Source of the DNA: Nanobdellota archaeon
GTDB taxonomy: Archaea > Nanobdellota > Nanobdellia > Woesearchaeales > CAZZGN01
Assembly: GCA_051819665.1 (NCBI GenBank)
Contig: JBNJDG010000004.1
Location: forward strand, 1 to 55,049
Length of the DNA stretch: 55,049 nucleotides
Direction: 5' to 3'
The notes beneath the pieces were generated by a model. The model searched no databases. It saw only the letters and a program-made list of their open reading frames with translations, and was not told the origin of the DNA. Position numbers and translations under genes: made by a program. Below, one piece after another: positions 28,131 through 36,314 of the stretch. The stretch's first letter is position 1. Each line of letters opens with the position of its first letter.

Positions 28131-29600
28131 TCAGTATATGAGCTCTCTCAGCTTATCATTGAGCTCATTGATCTTGACCCTTTCCTGTTTCGTTGAGTCC
28201 CTGTGCCTTATCGTAACAGAGTCATCCTCAAGCGTGTCGAAGTCGACAGTCACACAGAAAGGAATCCCTTTCTCATCTGCTCTTGCATATCTTCTTCCTA
28301 TTGAGCCGCCCTGATCGTAAATGGAATCGAATTCCTTCTTCACCTGGCTGTAGATTTCTCCTGTTTTTTCCTTGAGCTTTTTCACGAGAGGATAGACTGC
28401 CACTTTTATAGGGGCTATGCTGGGCTCAAGTTTCAGGACCTTGTTCCCTCTTTCCTTATCATCAACATAACCCTGGGTTATTAGGGCGAGGAAGACCCTC
28501 TCGACACCGAAAGTGGGCTCGATGACCCTAGGAACAACCTTCTGCTGGGAATCATCATCGAACATCTCCAGCTTTTCCCCGCTTTCGTTTATATGTTGCG
28601 TTAGGTCATACTGTCCCCTGTTCGCGTTACCTGCAATCTCTTTCGTTCCGAAAGGGTACTGGAAATCGATATCGTAAGTAGCTGAAGAGTAATGTGAGAG
28701 CTCTTTCTGGCTGTGTTCTCTCACTTTCATATCTTTCAGTCCTATTCTCCTGAGCCACATTATCTGCTCCGCAAGCCAGTATCCGTGCCATTCTCCAAGT
28801 TTTTTGTTATCAATCAGATATCCTATAGTGCTCTCTGATCCGTCTCTCCCGTTCTCCTGATCTTCTGCTGTAGAGAGGAGGAAACTGCATTCCCTGTGTT
28901 CCTGTGTCAGTTCATTGCATTCTTTCTCTTGCGGATGTATGAAGAACTCGAGCTCTGCGATATTGAACTCTCTGGACCGGAACATGAAGTCTCTCGGTGC
29001 TATCTCGTTCCTGAAGCATTTACCTATCTGTGCCACGCCGAAGGGCAGTTTCTGTCTCGTTGTCTCTTTAAGAAGTTTGAAGTTAGTGAACATTGCCTGA
29101 GCAGTCTCTCCTCTCATATAAGCGGTGGAAGCTTTGCTTTCCTCGGGCCCCACATTCGTCTTGAAAAGCAGATTGAAGTCTTTAAGCTCTTCAAGCTTCC
29201 CCTCGCATTCAGGACAGGTGATGTTGTTATCGTCGATGATCCGGTTGATCTCATCGATAGACTCGCCCTCGACATTCTTATTCAGGTTGTCCTCTATAAG
29301 ATGGTCTGCCCTGAATTTGGCTTTGCACTTAGAACACGTAGTTACCATATCACCGAAATTCTCGAGATGTCCGGAGGCTTTCCATATTCTCGGGTTGGCT
29401 ATTATGCTAGAATCCATGCCTATTACATTGTCTCTGGATTTCACGAAATAATTCCACCAGCTCTGTTTGATGTTGTTCAGGAGTTCTACACCTAAAGGAC
29501 CATAGTCAAAGAATCCTTTCATCCCTCCGTAGATCTCAGAGGAAGGATATACCAATGCCTTTTCCTTGCAGAATTTTGCGAGCTCTTCGGTCGATAACAT
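28131..29600 (-). CDS. glyS: Glycine--tRNA ligase (alpha2 type)
   Basis: IYGG..G..DYGPLG, ASGH, RGETAQ, AQIGKCFRNEI.PR..FR.REF, VIEPTFGVER, GSIGRRYAR.DE.G.P.CVTVD. Confidence 0.97.
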   Translation of the reverse strand: MLSTEELAKFCKEKALVYPSSEIYGGMKGFFDYGPLGVELLNNIKQSWWNYFVKSRDNVIGMDSSIIANPRIWKASGHLENFGDMVTTCSKCKAKFRADHLIEDNLNKNVEGESIDEINRIIDDNNITCPECEGKLEELKDFNLLFKTNVGPEESKASTAYMRGETAQAMFTNFKLLKETTRQKLPFGVAQIGKCFRNEIAPRDFMFRSREFNIAELEFFIHPQEKECNELTQEHRECSFLLSTAEDQENGRDGSESTIGYLIDNKKLGEWHGYWLAEQIMWLRRIGLKDMKVREHSQKELSHYSSATYDIDFQYPFGTKEIAGNANRGQYDLTQHINESGEKLEMFDDDSQQKVVPRVIEPTFGVERVFLALITQGYVDDKERGNKVLKLEPSIAPIKVAVYPLVKKLKEKTGEIYSQVKKEFDSIYDQGGSIGRRYARADEKGIPFCVTVDFDTLEDDSVTIRHRDSTKQERVKINELNDKLRELIY

Positions 29601-29643
29601 AGAGCTGAGGCTCTATTATACATTTATAATGTTTTTGGTTTGT

Positions 29644-30042
29644 TCAGGGCCTGAATTCCTCCCTCGCGAGTTCCTCTATCACAGGGTGTTCTTTTATCAC
29701 AGCAGGAGAAAACGATTCGAGCCTGTTCCTGTACATGACTTTCTCTTTGAGATCCCTGAAATTGCATTCGATGATGAAGCCGCCGGGTGTCCTGAAGAGG
29801 TTGTTTATCTCTCTGTGCTTACAGAGCTCATCCTCTAAGAAGTCTTTATTTGCGGATTTTATTATGAAGAGTATCTTTATCGGAAAGTCAGGGTGTCCGA
29901 TAAGTGTTGTGTATTTAATCTTGATCTTATCTATCTCCTTCATCCTGCCGTGGATTGTTGACATGGGTAGTCCGGTGTCTTCTGAAATCTTCTTGATTTT
30001 TGCTCTCGAGTCCTCTCTCAAACTTCTTATTATGCTTCTCAT
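29644..30042 (-). CDS. Lrp/AsnC family transcriptional regulator
   Basis: II..L..DSR.....IS...GLP.ST...R HTH followed by a RAM-like domain. Confidence 0.8.
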   Translation of the reverse strand: MRSIIRSLREDSRAKIKKISEDTGLPMSTIHGRMKEIDKIKIKYTTLIGHPDFPIKILFIIKSANKDFLEDELCKHREINNLFRTPGGFIIECNFRDLKEKVMYRNRLESFSPAVIKEHPVIEELAREEFRP

Positions 30043-30638
30043 GACAGACCCCTGTAGACGATCTCTTTGCAGCTCTTCGCGATTATCAGCTGTTCTTCAT
30101 AGAAGAGTTTCTCGGAATTATTATCTGTATTCTCATACGCTTTGTATAACTTCTTCTCTGCATTTGATAATTTATCTATCTCTTCCTTGAGTCCGTCATT
30201 CACCTTTTTTATCAGCTTCTTCCCGTATTCTTTCGAGTGTTTGTTGTCTTCGGTTTCCTTTTTTATCCTGTCCTTGAGCTCGTTTATGACGAGGATGTCC
30301 CTGTCGTATTTTCTCTCATTGAGTTCATACTTCTGCCTGAAGATATGGTGCATGCCCTGGCCGTAGTTCATGATCCTTGAGATTGATGGTTTGGGGTCTC
30401 TGTAGTCCCTTATCTCCTTTGTCTTGTTGAGTATCCTGTTTTTGAGGTCCAGAAGCTCATCCCTTTCTGTAAATGACAGGTAATCGTTTATGAGCTGGTG
30501 ATATTCTAACAGTTTCTGAACATCCTTATCGTTGATGTCATCACTGAAAAAGCTGTCTATCTCTTCCCTTATATCTTTATAATTGTCCAGGAAGTGGTCT
30601 ATCTCTTCCTCTTTCCTTATGCATTCTTCAAGAGTCAT
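30039..30638 (-). CDS. Hypothetical helical protein in the subtilase operon
   Basis: Overlapping junctions with both neighbours. Confidence 0.7.
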   Translation of the reverse strand: MTLEECIRKEEEIDHFLDNYKDIREEIDSFFSDDINDKDVQKLLEYHQLINDYLSFTERDELLDLKNRILNKTKEIRDYRDPKPSISRIMNYGQGMHHIFRQKYELNERKYDRDILVINELKDRIKKETEDNKHSKEYGKKLIKKVNDGLKEEIDKLSNAEKKLYKAYENTDNNSEKLFYEEQLIIAKSCKEIVYRGLS

Positions 30639-30861
30639 TTTTTTTGTAGGTATTCATCTGTTCATAGTTTATCTTGTTCTTGTCAAGTATATCTTTTGCA
30701 TTCTCGTAATCCTTTTCTCCGATGTACCTTATCTTTGCCAGATAAGTGTCATGGATCTCGATCCGGTTCTCCGGCTCGGGTTCTATGAAATCTTGTTCTT
30801 TGAGCTCGTCTATTATCTGTTCGAGTTCCTTCTCGGGGTATCTTATTATGAAATCTTTCAT
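30628..30861 (-). CDS. Small protein, possible free I9-like subtilase inhibitor
   Basis: ATGA-coupled to the subtilase; DFIIRY resembles the subtilase prodomain NLIIRY. Confidence 0.6.
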   Translation of the reverse strand: MKDFIIRYPEKELEQIIDELKEQDFIEPEPENRIEIHDTYLAKIRYIGEKDYENAKDILDKNKINYEQMNTYKKNDS

Positions 30862-32327
30862 TTGTATTCCTCCATCAGATTATCTGCTCTAACAAGGCCT
30901 TCACCGAACTTGTCCTTCTCTCCGAGATATTGGGATGTATCTTTTAGCTTGTTCTCTATATCCTCCAGTCCCTGTGATTTCGCTAAAGCGCATACTCCGC
31001 TTACATGTGGTGAGGCCATGGATGTGCCGTCGTATTTGTCATACTTGTTATTCGGTATAGAGGATTTTATACTAACTCCCGGAGCTGAGATATCATTCAT
31101 ATCGTTCCGGTTGCTGAATCCTGCATGCTCGTTGTTTCTGTCAACAGCTGCGACGCTTATGACCCCTTTGTTTGCTGCCGGGTATTCATAGATCTCATCT
31201 CCTGCATTTCCTGCGGCCGCAACTACATCTATCCCTTTTTCATAAGCCATCATGCATATGTCTTCAAGTGCCTTTGAGTGTTTCGGCGATCCTAGGCTCA
31301 TGTTTATCACATCTACGGCGTTGTTTATAGACCAGTTTATCCCTTTTATTACATCGAATGTGCTTCCTGCTCCGTCATCTCCGAGAACTTTTACAGCATA
31401 AAGCTGCGCTTCGGGAGCCACACCCACATCTTTTCCTGCTACTGTTCCTGATACATGAGTGCCGTGGCCGTCCTTGTCCATTGGATCTCTTCCATAAGCG
31501 AAGTCTTTGCCTTTTATCTCGCCGAATCTTTCAGCAATCTCATTATGCGTATAATCAGCACCTGTATCGACGATGGCTACTTTAGCACCTTCTCCTTCTG
31601 AGATCTCGTTAGCATCATAAACACCGATATTGTCCAGGTTCCAGAGAGTTCCCTTCCTTACTGGGTTCTTAACTTCGACTAAACCAGGGATGTAAACATA
31701 AGGCTCTTCTTCCACATAAGCTACCGAAGATATTATGTTCCTTATGCTCTTGAGCCTGAAGTTGTTATTGGTTATATCTTCCTTGATCCTCTGCATATCC
31801 TTTATGTCTGATTTAAGCGAGATGAACGGAAGATTCTCTTCATAGTTAAGTTCAGTATTGGAGAAACTTCTTCTTATGTTATAGCTGAGTTCTTCCGGGT
31901 CTCCATCATATCTTATGATCAGATTACCTGTTGTTTCTTTCTTCTTTTCCTCATTCCCTCTTTTAAGGTGTTGGACTTCCCTTTCGATCTCTTTTGTCCT
32001 TCTGTCTGTGGCTATCACCTTGTCCTTAATCACAAGATTTTCCAGATATTCTTCCTTCTCTTTCAGGTATCTCTTCTGGAGCTTGTCCAGCGCCTTCTCC
32101 TTATCACCTGCCAGCCTGTACTTTAGCTTATCCTTCTTCTTTGTCTTTACCGTATGCTTGTTCTTGTTGTCCTCTATATCAAGGGCAAAGTAGTCTGTAA
32201 CTTTCCTTCCGCATATGACGAGGTAGCCGTCTTCGGTCTTTCTCGGGAAGGAGAAATCGTTGTCGATAGAGTTGTAATGTTTTGCGAGTTCGTTCAGGAA
32301 ATCCTCAAGGTCATCTTCTGCTGCCAT
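30858..32327 (-). CDS. S8 subtilisin-like serine peptidase with long N-terminal extension and no signal peptide
   Basis: Catalytic AIVDTG, HGTHVSG, AAAGN, GTSMASPHV. Confidence 0.93.
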   Translation of the reverse strand: MAAEDDLEDFLNELAKHYNSIDNDFSFPRKTEDGYLVICGRKVTDYFALDIEDNKNKHTVKTKKKDKLKYRLAGDKEKALDKLQKRYLKEKEEYLENLVIKDKVIATDRRTKEIEREVQHLKRGNEEKKKETTGNLIIRYDGDPEELSYNIRRSFSNTELNYEENLPFISLKSDIKDMQRIKEDITNNNFRLKSIRNIISSVAYVEEEPYVYIPGLVEVKNPVRKGTLWNLDNIGVYDANEISEGEGAKVAIVDTGADYTHNEIAERFGEIKGKDFAYGRDPMDKDGHGTHVSGTVAGKDVGVAPEAQLYAVKVLGDDGAGSTFDVIKGINWSINNAVDVINMSLGSPKHSKALEDICMMAYEKGIDVVAAAGNAGDEIYEYPAANKGVISVAAVDRNNEHAGFSNRNDMNDISAPGVSIKSSIPNNKYDKYDGTSMASPHVSGVCALAKSQGLEDIENKLKDTSQYLGEKDKFGEGLVRADNLMEEYK

Positions 32328-32478
32328 ACAGGGAAGGGTTTCCTCAGATTAAAAATGTCTTATTGAGGATTTTCCGGAGATATTTTCCCTCTCCTGCAGA
32401 GCTTCCCTTTCCATTAGAATTATTCCGAAATCTCCTTCATGGTGTGGAAATATTGCAGAAAATCAAAATATTTAAATA

Positions 32479-32492
32479 TGAATATATATTCA
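32479..32492. promoter_or_regulatory. Perfect 14-bp palindrome TGAATATATATTCA directly after a TATA box; candidate operator
   Basis: TTTAAATA at 32471-32478, then the palindrome, upstream of the DUF5320/DUF134 operon. Confidence 0.55.
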
Positions 32493-32510
32493 CAACTCAT
32501 GGTGATGATT

Positions 32511-32699
32511 ATGCCGGGATTAGATCGTAGAGGGCCTATGGGAAGAGGCCCAAAGACTGGAAGAGGGCTTGGAAGGTGTGGCCCCGGGAGAACCGGGAGG
32601 GATTACATCGAAGAGCTCGAGGAGAAAAAGAAGGAGATTGAGGAACTGATAGAGGATGCCAAGGCCGAGGTCAAGAAGAAGGATCAGGGGCAGAGTTGA
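32511..32699 (+). CDS. DUF5320 family protein
   Basis: MPGLDRRGPMGRGPKTGRGLGRC plus a short coiled coil. Confidence 0.85.
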   Translation: MPGLDRRGPMGRGPKTGRGLGRCGPGRTGRDYIEELEEKKKEIEELIEDAKAEVKKKDQGQS

Positions 32700-32928
32700 C
32701 TCGGACTTCTTCAAGCCGAGAGGAAAGCCCCTTTCAGAGACGAGGATCATAACCCTGACTAAAGAGGAGTTTGAAGCGATAAGGCTCAGGGACTATGAAT
32801 GTTTAGACCAGAATGATTCAGCGGAGAGGATGGAAGTCTCTCAGTCGACTTTCCATCGTGTGTATGCTGATGCAAGGAAAAAACTAGCGAGAGCTATAGT
32901 TGAGGGAAATGCGATCGAGATATCTTAA
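32656..32928 (+). CDS. DUF134 (UPF0251) DNA-binding protein
   Basis: MPRPR..RRI, FKPRG, EEFEAIRLRD...LDQ...A..M.VS.STF.R....ARKKLA.A.VEG. Confidence 0.92.
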   Translation: MPRPRSRRRIRGRVDSDFFKPRGKPLSETRIITLTKEEFEAIRLRDYECLDQNDSAERMEVSQSTFHRVYADARKKLARAIVEGNAIEIS

Positions 32929-33301
32929 GCCTTTGAAACCGTTAGTAAAGTCCCTGCCTATGATGTTGGGCGTGATCTTACTGATCTCTTTAGTCAATAA
33001 TATGTTCTCTCCGGGATGGGTGGCCTCTCTGATAACAGAATTCCCTATTATAGATTCATTAATAGGAAGTGTTTTCGGAAGCATTGCTGCAGGTAATGCG
33101 GTCTCGAGTTATGTGATAGCCGGCGAGTATTTCTCTGTCTCAAAAGCTATGATGACAGCCCTTATGGTTTCATGGGTGACTGTGGGTGTTGTCCAGATAC
33201 CTGCAGAGTCGCTTATGCTCGGGAAAAGATTCGCTATAATAAGGAACATCCTTGCTTTCATATCATGCATTATGATAACGATGGTGATGATATGGGTATA
33301 A
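32900..33301 (+). CDS. Predicted permease subunit (DUF318/ArsP-like half)
   Basis: GSIAAG...SY.IAGE, SWVTVG.VQ.PAE...LG.RFA..RN. Confidence 0.8.
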   Translation: MREMRSRYLKPLKPLVKSLPMMLGVILLISLVNNMFSPGWVASLITEFPIIDSLIGSVFGSIAAGNAVSSYVIAGEYFSVSKAMMTALMVSWVTVGVVQIPAESLMLGKRFAIIRNILAFISCIMITMVMIWV

Positions 33302-33768
33302 GGCCCGATAACAGTACAAAATTCCTGCTGGCTGTGATAGCTCTTTATATTGTTGTGGCTTTCTTTGTCCCTGGTAAGATTCTTGCTTCATTGAAATCTT
33401 CAGTGAATATATTCAGCAGGGTCCTGCCAGCATTGCTGGTCGTTGCTGTTCTTATGTATCTCTTCTCGGAAGTGAAGGGTGTAAGGAAGTTCCTGACAAG
33501 GAAAGGTCCTTTATCATGGTTCTTCTATTCCTTCGCTGGTATACTCTCTGCAGGTCCTATATACATGTGGTATCCTCTCCTGGCGGAGCTGAAGGAAGAA
33601 GGGGTCAAGACTTCAAAGCTTGTTGTCTTCATGTATAACAGGGCTATAAAATTACCTCTTCTGCCTGTTATGATCTCTTATTTCGGTTTGAGGTATGTTC
33701 TTCTATTGATGTTATTGATGTTCGTCTTTTCGTTCATAAACGGTAAGATGTATGAGGTGGTATCATGA
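33292..33768 (+). CDS. Predicted permease subunit (DUF318/ArsP-like half)
   Basis: GILSAGPIYMWYPLL..LK..G, F.YNRAIKLPLLP; start at MGIRP with GGTGA SD. Confidence 0.8.
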   Translation: MGIRPDNSTKFLLAVIALYIVVAFFVPGKILASLKSSVNIFSRVLPALLVVAVLMYLFSEVKGVRKFLTRKGPLSWFFYSFAGILSAGPIYMWYPLLAELKEEGVKTSKLVVFMYNRAIKLPLLPVMISYFGLRYVLLLMLLMFVFSFINGKMYEVVS

Positions 33769-34055
33769 TAGCTGTGGCTTCGAAAGGGAATACAAAGGAT
33801 TCAGAGATAAGTGACAGGGCTGCAAGAGCTCCGTATATATTGTTCTTTGATGATGGAGAACTTGTTGAGGCCTACAGGAATCCGTATTCGGAAGGAGGCG
33901 GTGGAGCGGGCTTTGCTATGGGGAATCTCATCGCTGATAAGAAAGCAGAGAGGTTTATAGCCGCAAGGATTGGAGAGAATCTTAAGGTTGTTCTGGAAAA
34001 GAGAGAGGTTGAAGCCAAGGTAATGTCTGGCAAAGTAAAGGATGTTCTTGGATGA
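33765..34055 (+). CDS. NifB/NifX-family (FeMo-cofactor-binding-like) protein
   Basis: IAVAS......IS..A.RAPY....D, NP.....GGAG, A..IG.N. Confidence 0.85.
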   Translation: MIAVASKGNTKDSEISDRAARAPYILFFDDGELVEAYRNPYSEGGGGAGFAMGNLIADKKAERFIAARIGENLKVVLEKREVEAKVMSGKVKDVLG

Positions 34056-34169
34056 TCCTTTATTCTTATTCGATACTTTTAAATTTCTTCTGTATTTCCG
34101 GACAAAGAAGCTAAGTCAGGAACAGAGGACTCTGTTATGATCTTTAGCTCTTATTGAAAGGTGATATTC

Positions 34170-34466
34170 ATGGCGGATAAGTTTTATGTCAGTAACCAGG
34201 GCGGTGAAAGGGTTATAGGTTTTAATGATAGCGAGGAGACAAGGGATTTCGTGAAGAACATCATTTTCTTCGAGTTCAGGATAACAAAAGGAGATAAGGT
34301 CAAGAAGGAGGACGAGCTTCTCTCAGTAGAATCCATGGAAGGGACGGATAATCTGAGAAGTCCTGTTGACGGAGAGGTAACAGAGGTGAACGATGATGTA
34401 CAGCATGATCCCGAGATGCTTGCTAATGATCCTTCTGTGTGGCTTGTGAAGATAAAAGATGAATAA
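34170..34466 (+). CDS. Glycine cleavage H-like protein lacking the lipoyl lysine
   Basis: GDKVKK...L.SVES-ME-G....SPVDGEV.EVN......PE....DP..WLVKIK; Glu at the canonical Lys position. Confidence 0.8.
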   Translation: MADKFYVSNQGGERVIGFNDSEETRDFVKNIIFFEFRITKGDKVKKEDELLSVESMEGTDNLRSPVDGEVTEVNDDVQHDPEMLANDPSVWLVKIKDE

Positions 34467-34478
34467 GGCACAGAAGTT

Positions 34479-36224
34479 TCATAATTTGCCGGAATCCGGC
34501 TTGTAACCGAACTTGATCGAATATCTTATAAGATTGGACTGCGTGTCGTTAGGGAAAAGGGTGTTCCATCCGTAAGGGTCGAATTTCTTCCAGTCCTTCT
34601 TGCCTTGTGCTATGCCTTTCATGGTGTTGTAGATGATATGATTGTTCTGTGCCCCTTTTCCGGTTCCTCTTATGAGAATGGGAAATGAGTTTGGGTACAT
34701 GAGGGATATCCTGACTATGTCTTGTGCGCTTCCGCAATCCCCTGAGTATGCGATCATCTTCCTGTCTGAAGGTACGGAGAAAGTTTCTGTCTGGTGGGGG
34801 CTGTGCCCTCTGTGGGCGATCATGATATAATCCTTGTCCTTGATCTTCTGTGCAACGTTCTTATCCTTTACGAGTTCTATCATTATGTGCTTATCATTTA
34901 TCTCTTTAGTGAGTCTCTTGTGTTCTTTTCCGTTCTTGGTTAACTTCATACCATATCCATTGTTGAAACTATGGGCACTGTGGGAGAACCATTCCTCATC
35001 CGGGTAGTAGACCAGTACAGCTTTTAGGGTGTCCCTTTCTGACCATTCATCGGGGACTTTGGATAGGGGTATCTCGGGCAGGGTTTTCGTTATATCTGAT
35101 CTGTTCTGTTTCTTCAGCATGAAACCGTAAACACCTTTCTCGATGTTCTTATCGGCATTACGGAACCTTTTCTCCAGGAATTCGTTAAGCTGCTCTGAAT
35201 ATTCTGTCCCGAAGAATCTTTCGAGATTTTTGACGGCAAAACTCCCGTTCCTTATAAGCTTGTATTGGTCTTCTGATTTTAGCCCTTTTATGAGTGCATC
35301 AAAGAAAAAATCCTTATCTTCATCTATTATTTCCTCGAGGTATCCTCTGCTTGACAGGGCATATACGAAATCGATCCACTTCTCTCTTTCAGAATCTACC
35401 TTTCTTATGCTGTCAGTTATATCTTCAGGAAGGTTGTCGTGTAATCTCTTGAATGTGCTTTCATAGATAGTATCATTGGCAGAGGAGATCATATCATAGA
35501 TAGCTTTGAATTCGAGATCATCCGTAATATTATCTCTTATGAGATCTGTCTTATAAAGCTCCCATTCGGTGTCGTGTATATAGTCGATCAGTTTTGCGGC
35601 TTTTTTCTGGTTCTCTGCTTTCCCCTGGTTCAGTTTTTCGGCGATCTCTTCTGCAAGGCTTCTCCTTCCCCTTATCTCAGAATAATCAACACCCATCTCT
35701 GTCATTGTCTTCTGTTTTAGATTGCTGTATTTGTCGGCTATCCTGATCCCTTCCAGGATATCATAAGTATTCTCATCATCTTTGATCGCTTCAGGAAATG
35801 TATGATAGAATGTGACTTCCGGCGTGCTGAAGTCTTTGATCTCCTTTATAGAGCTTATCAATTCTTTTTTTGATATATTCTCTTTTGCTGGCTCTAGGAT
35901 ATATCTGAAAACAATATCTCCGTATTTCCCGCTCGCATTCACTATATCTTTTATGTATGCTGTGTCCAGGTCATTAGCATATTTAAGGGCGCTTCCGGAT
36001 CTTTTTCCTGAAACTTTTATGATATCCTTTATTTCTTTGATGCTCAGTCCATCTTCAAGAGCTGAAGGTATCTGTTTTATAGTATATCCTGAATAATCGC
36101 CGGCACATTCTTCGGCGTAAGGTATGAGAGATCTAGCGCTGTCCGGTATCTGGGCTTTCGCTGTATTGAGGGTTAGCAGGATACCTGCAAGCCCGACCCA
36201 TTTCTTTAGCATCCATATTGGCAT
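34479..36224 (-). CDS. Secreted protein with helical repeats and a C-terminal HRGHS...GDCG domain (putative His/Cys peptidase)
   Basis: Signal peptide ending AKA-Q; motifs IAHRGHS and YSGDCGS. Confidence 0.7.
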   Translation of the reverse strand: MPIWMLKKWVGLAGILLTLNTAKAQIPDSARSLIPYAEECAGDYSGYTIKQIPSALEDGLSIKEIKDIIKVSGKRSGSALKYANDLDTAYIKDIVNASGKYGDIVFRYILEPAKENISKKELISSIKEIKDFSTPEVTFYHTFPEAIKDDENTYDILEGIRIADKYSNLKQKTMTEMGVDYSEIRGRRSLAEEIAEKLNQGKAENQKKAAKLIDYIHDTEWELYKTDLIRDNITDDLEFKAIYDMISSANDTIYESTFKRLHDNLPEDITDSIRKVDSEREKWIDFVYALSSRGYLEEIIDEDKDFFFDALIKGLKSEDQYKLIRNGSFAVKNLERFFGTEYSEQLNEFLEKRFRNADKNIEKGVYGFMLKKQNRSDITKTLPEIPLSKVPDEWSERDTLKAVLVYYPDEEWFSHSAHSFNNGYGMKLTKNGKEHKRLTKEINDKHIMIELVKDKNVAQKIKDKDYIMIAHRGHSPHQTETFSVPSDRKMIAYSGDCGSAQDIVRISLMYPNSFPILIRGTGKGAQNNHIIYNTMKGIAQGKKDWKKFDPYGWNTLFPNDTQSNLIRYSIKFGYKPDSGKL

Positions 36225-36314
36225 GGGGCTTCAGGTTTATATATTTTACTGTACAGTAGTTAACATTGTAATCGTACAAAGTTTTTTAATTGAAGGAGTT
36301 TGTTTTTTTCTGTG

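Noticed and set aside
34101-34140. Glycine riboswitch upstream of the GcvH-like gene
   Set aside because: AGAAG..TCAGG..AGGACTC resembles the 3' half of the aptamer, but the GGAGA and CCGAAG 5' elements are absent.
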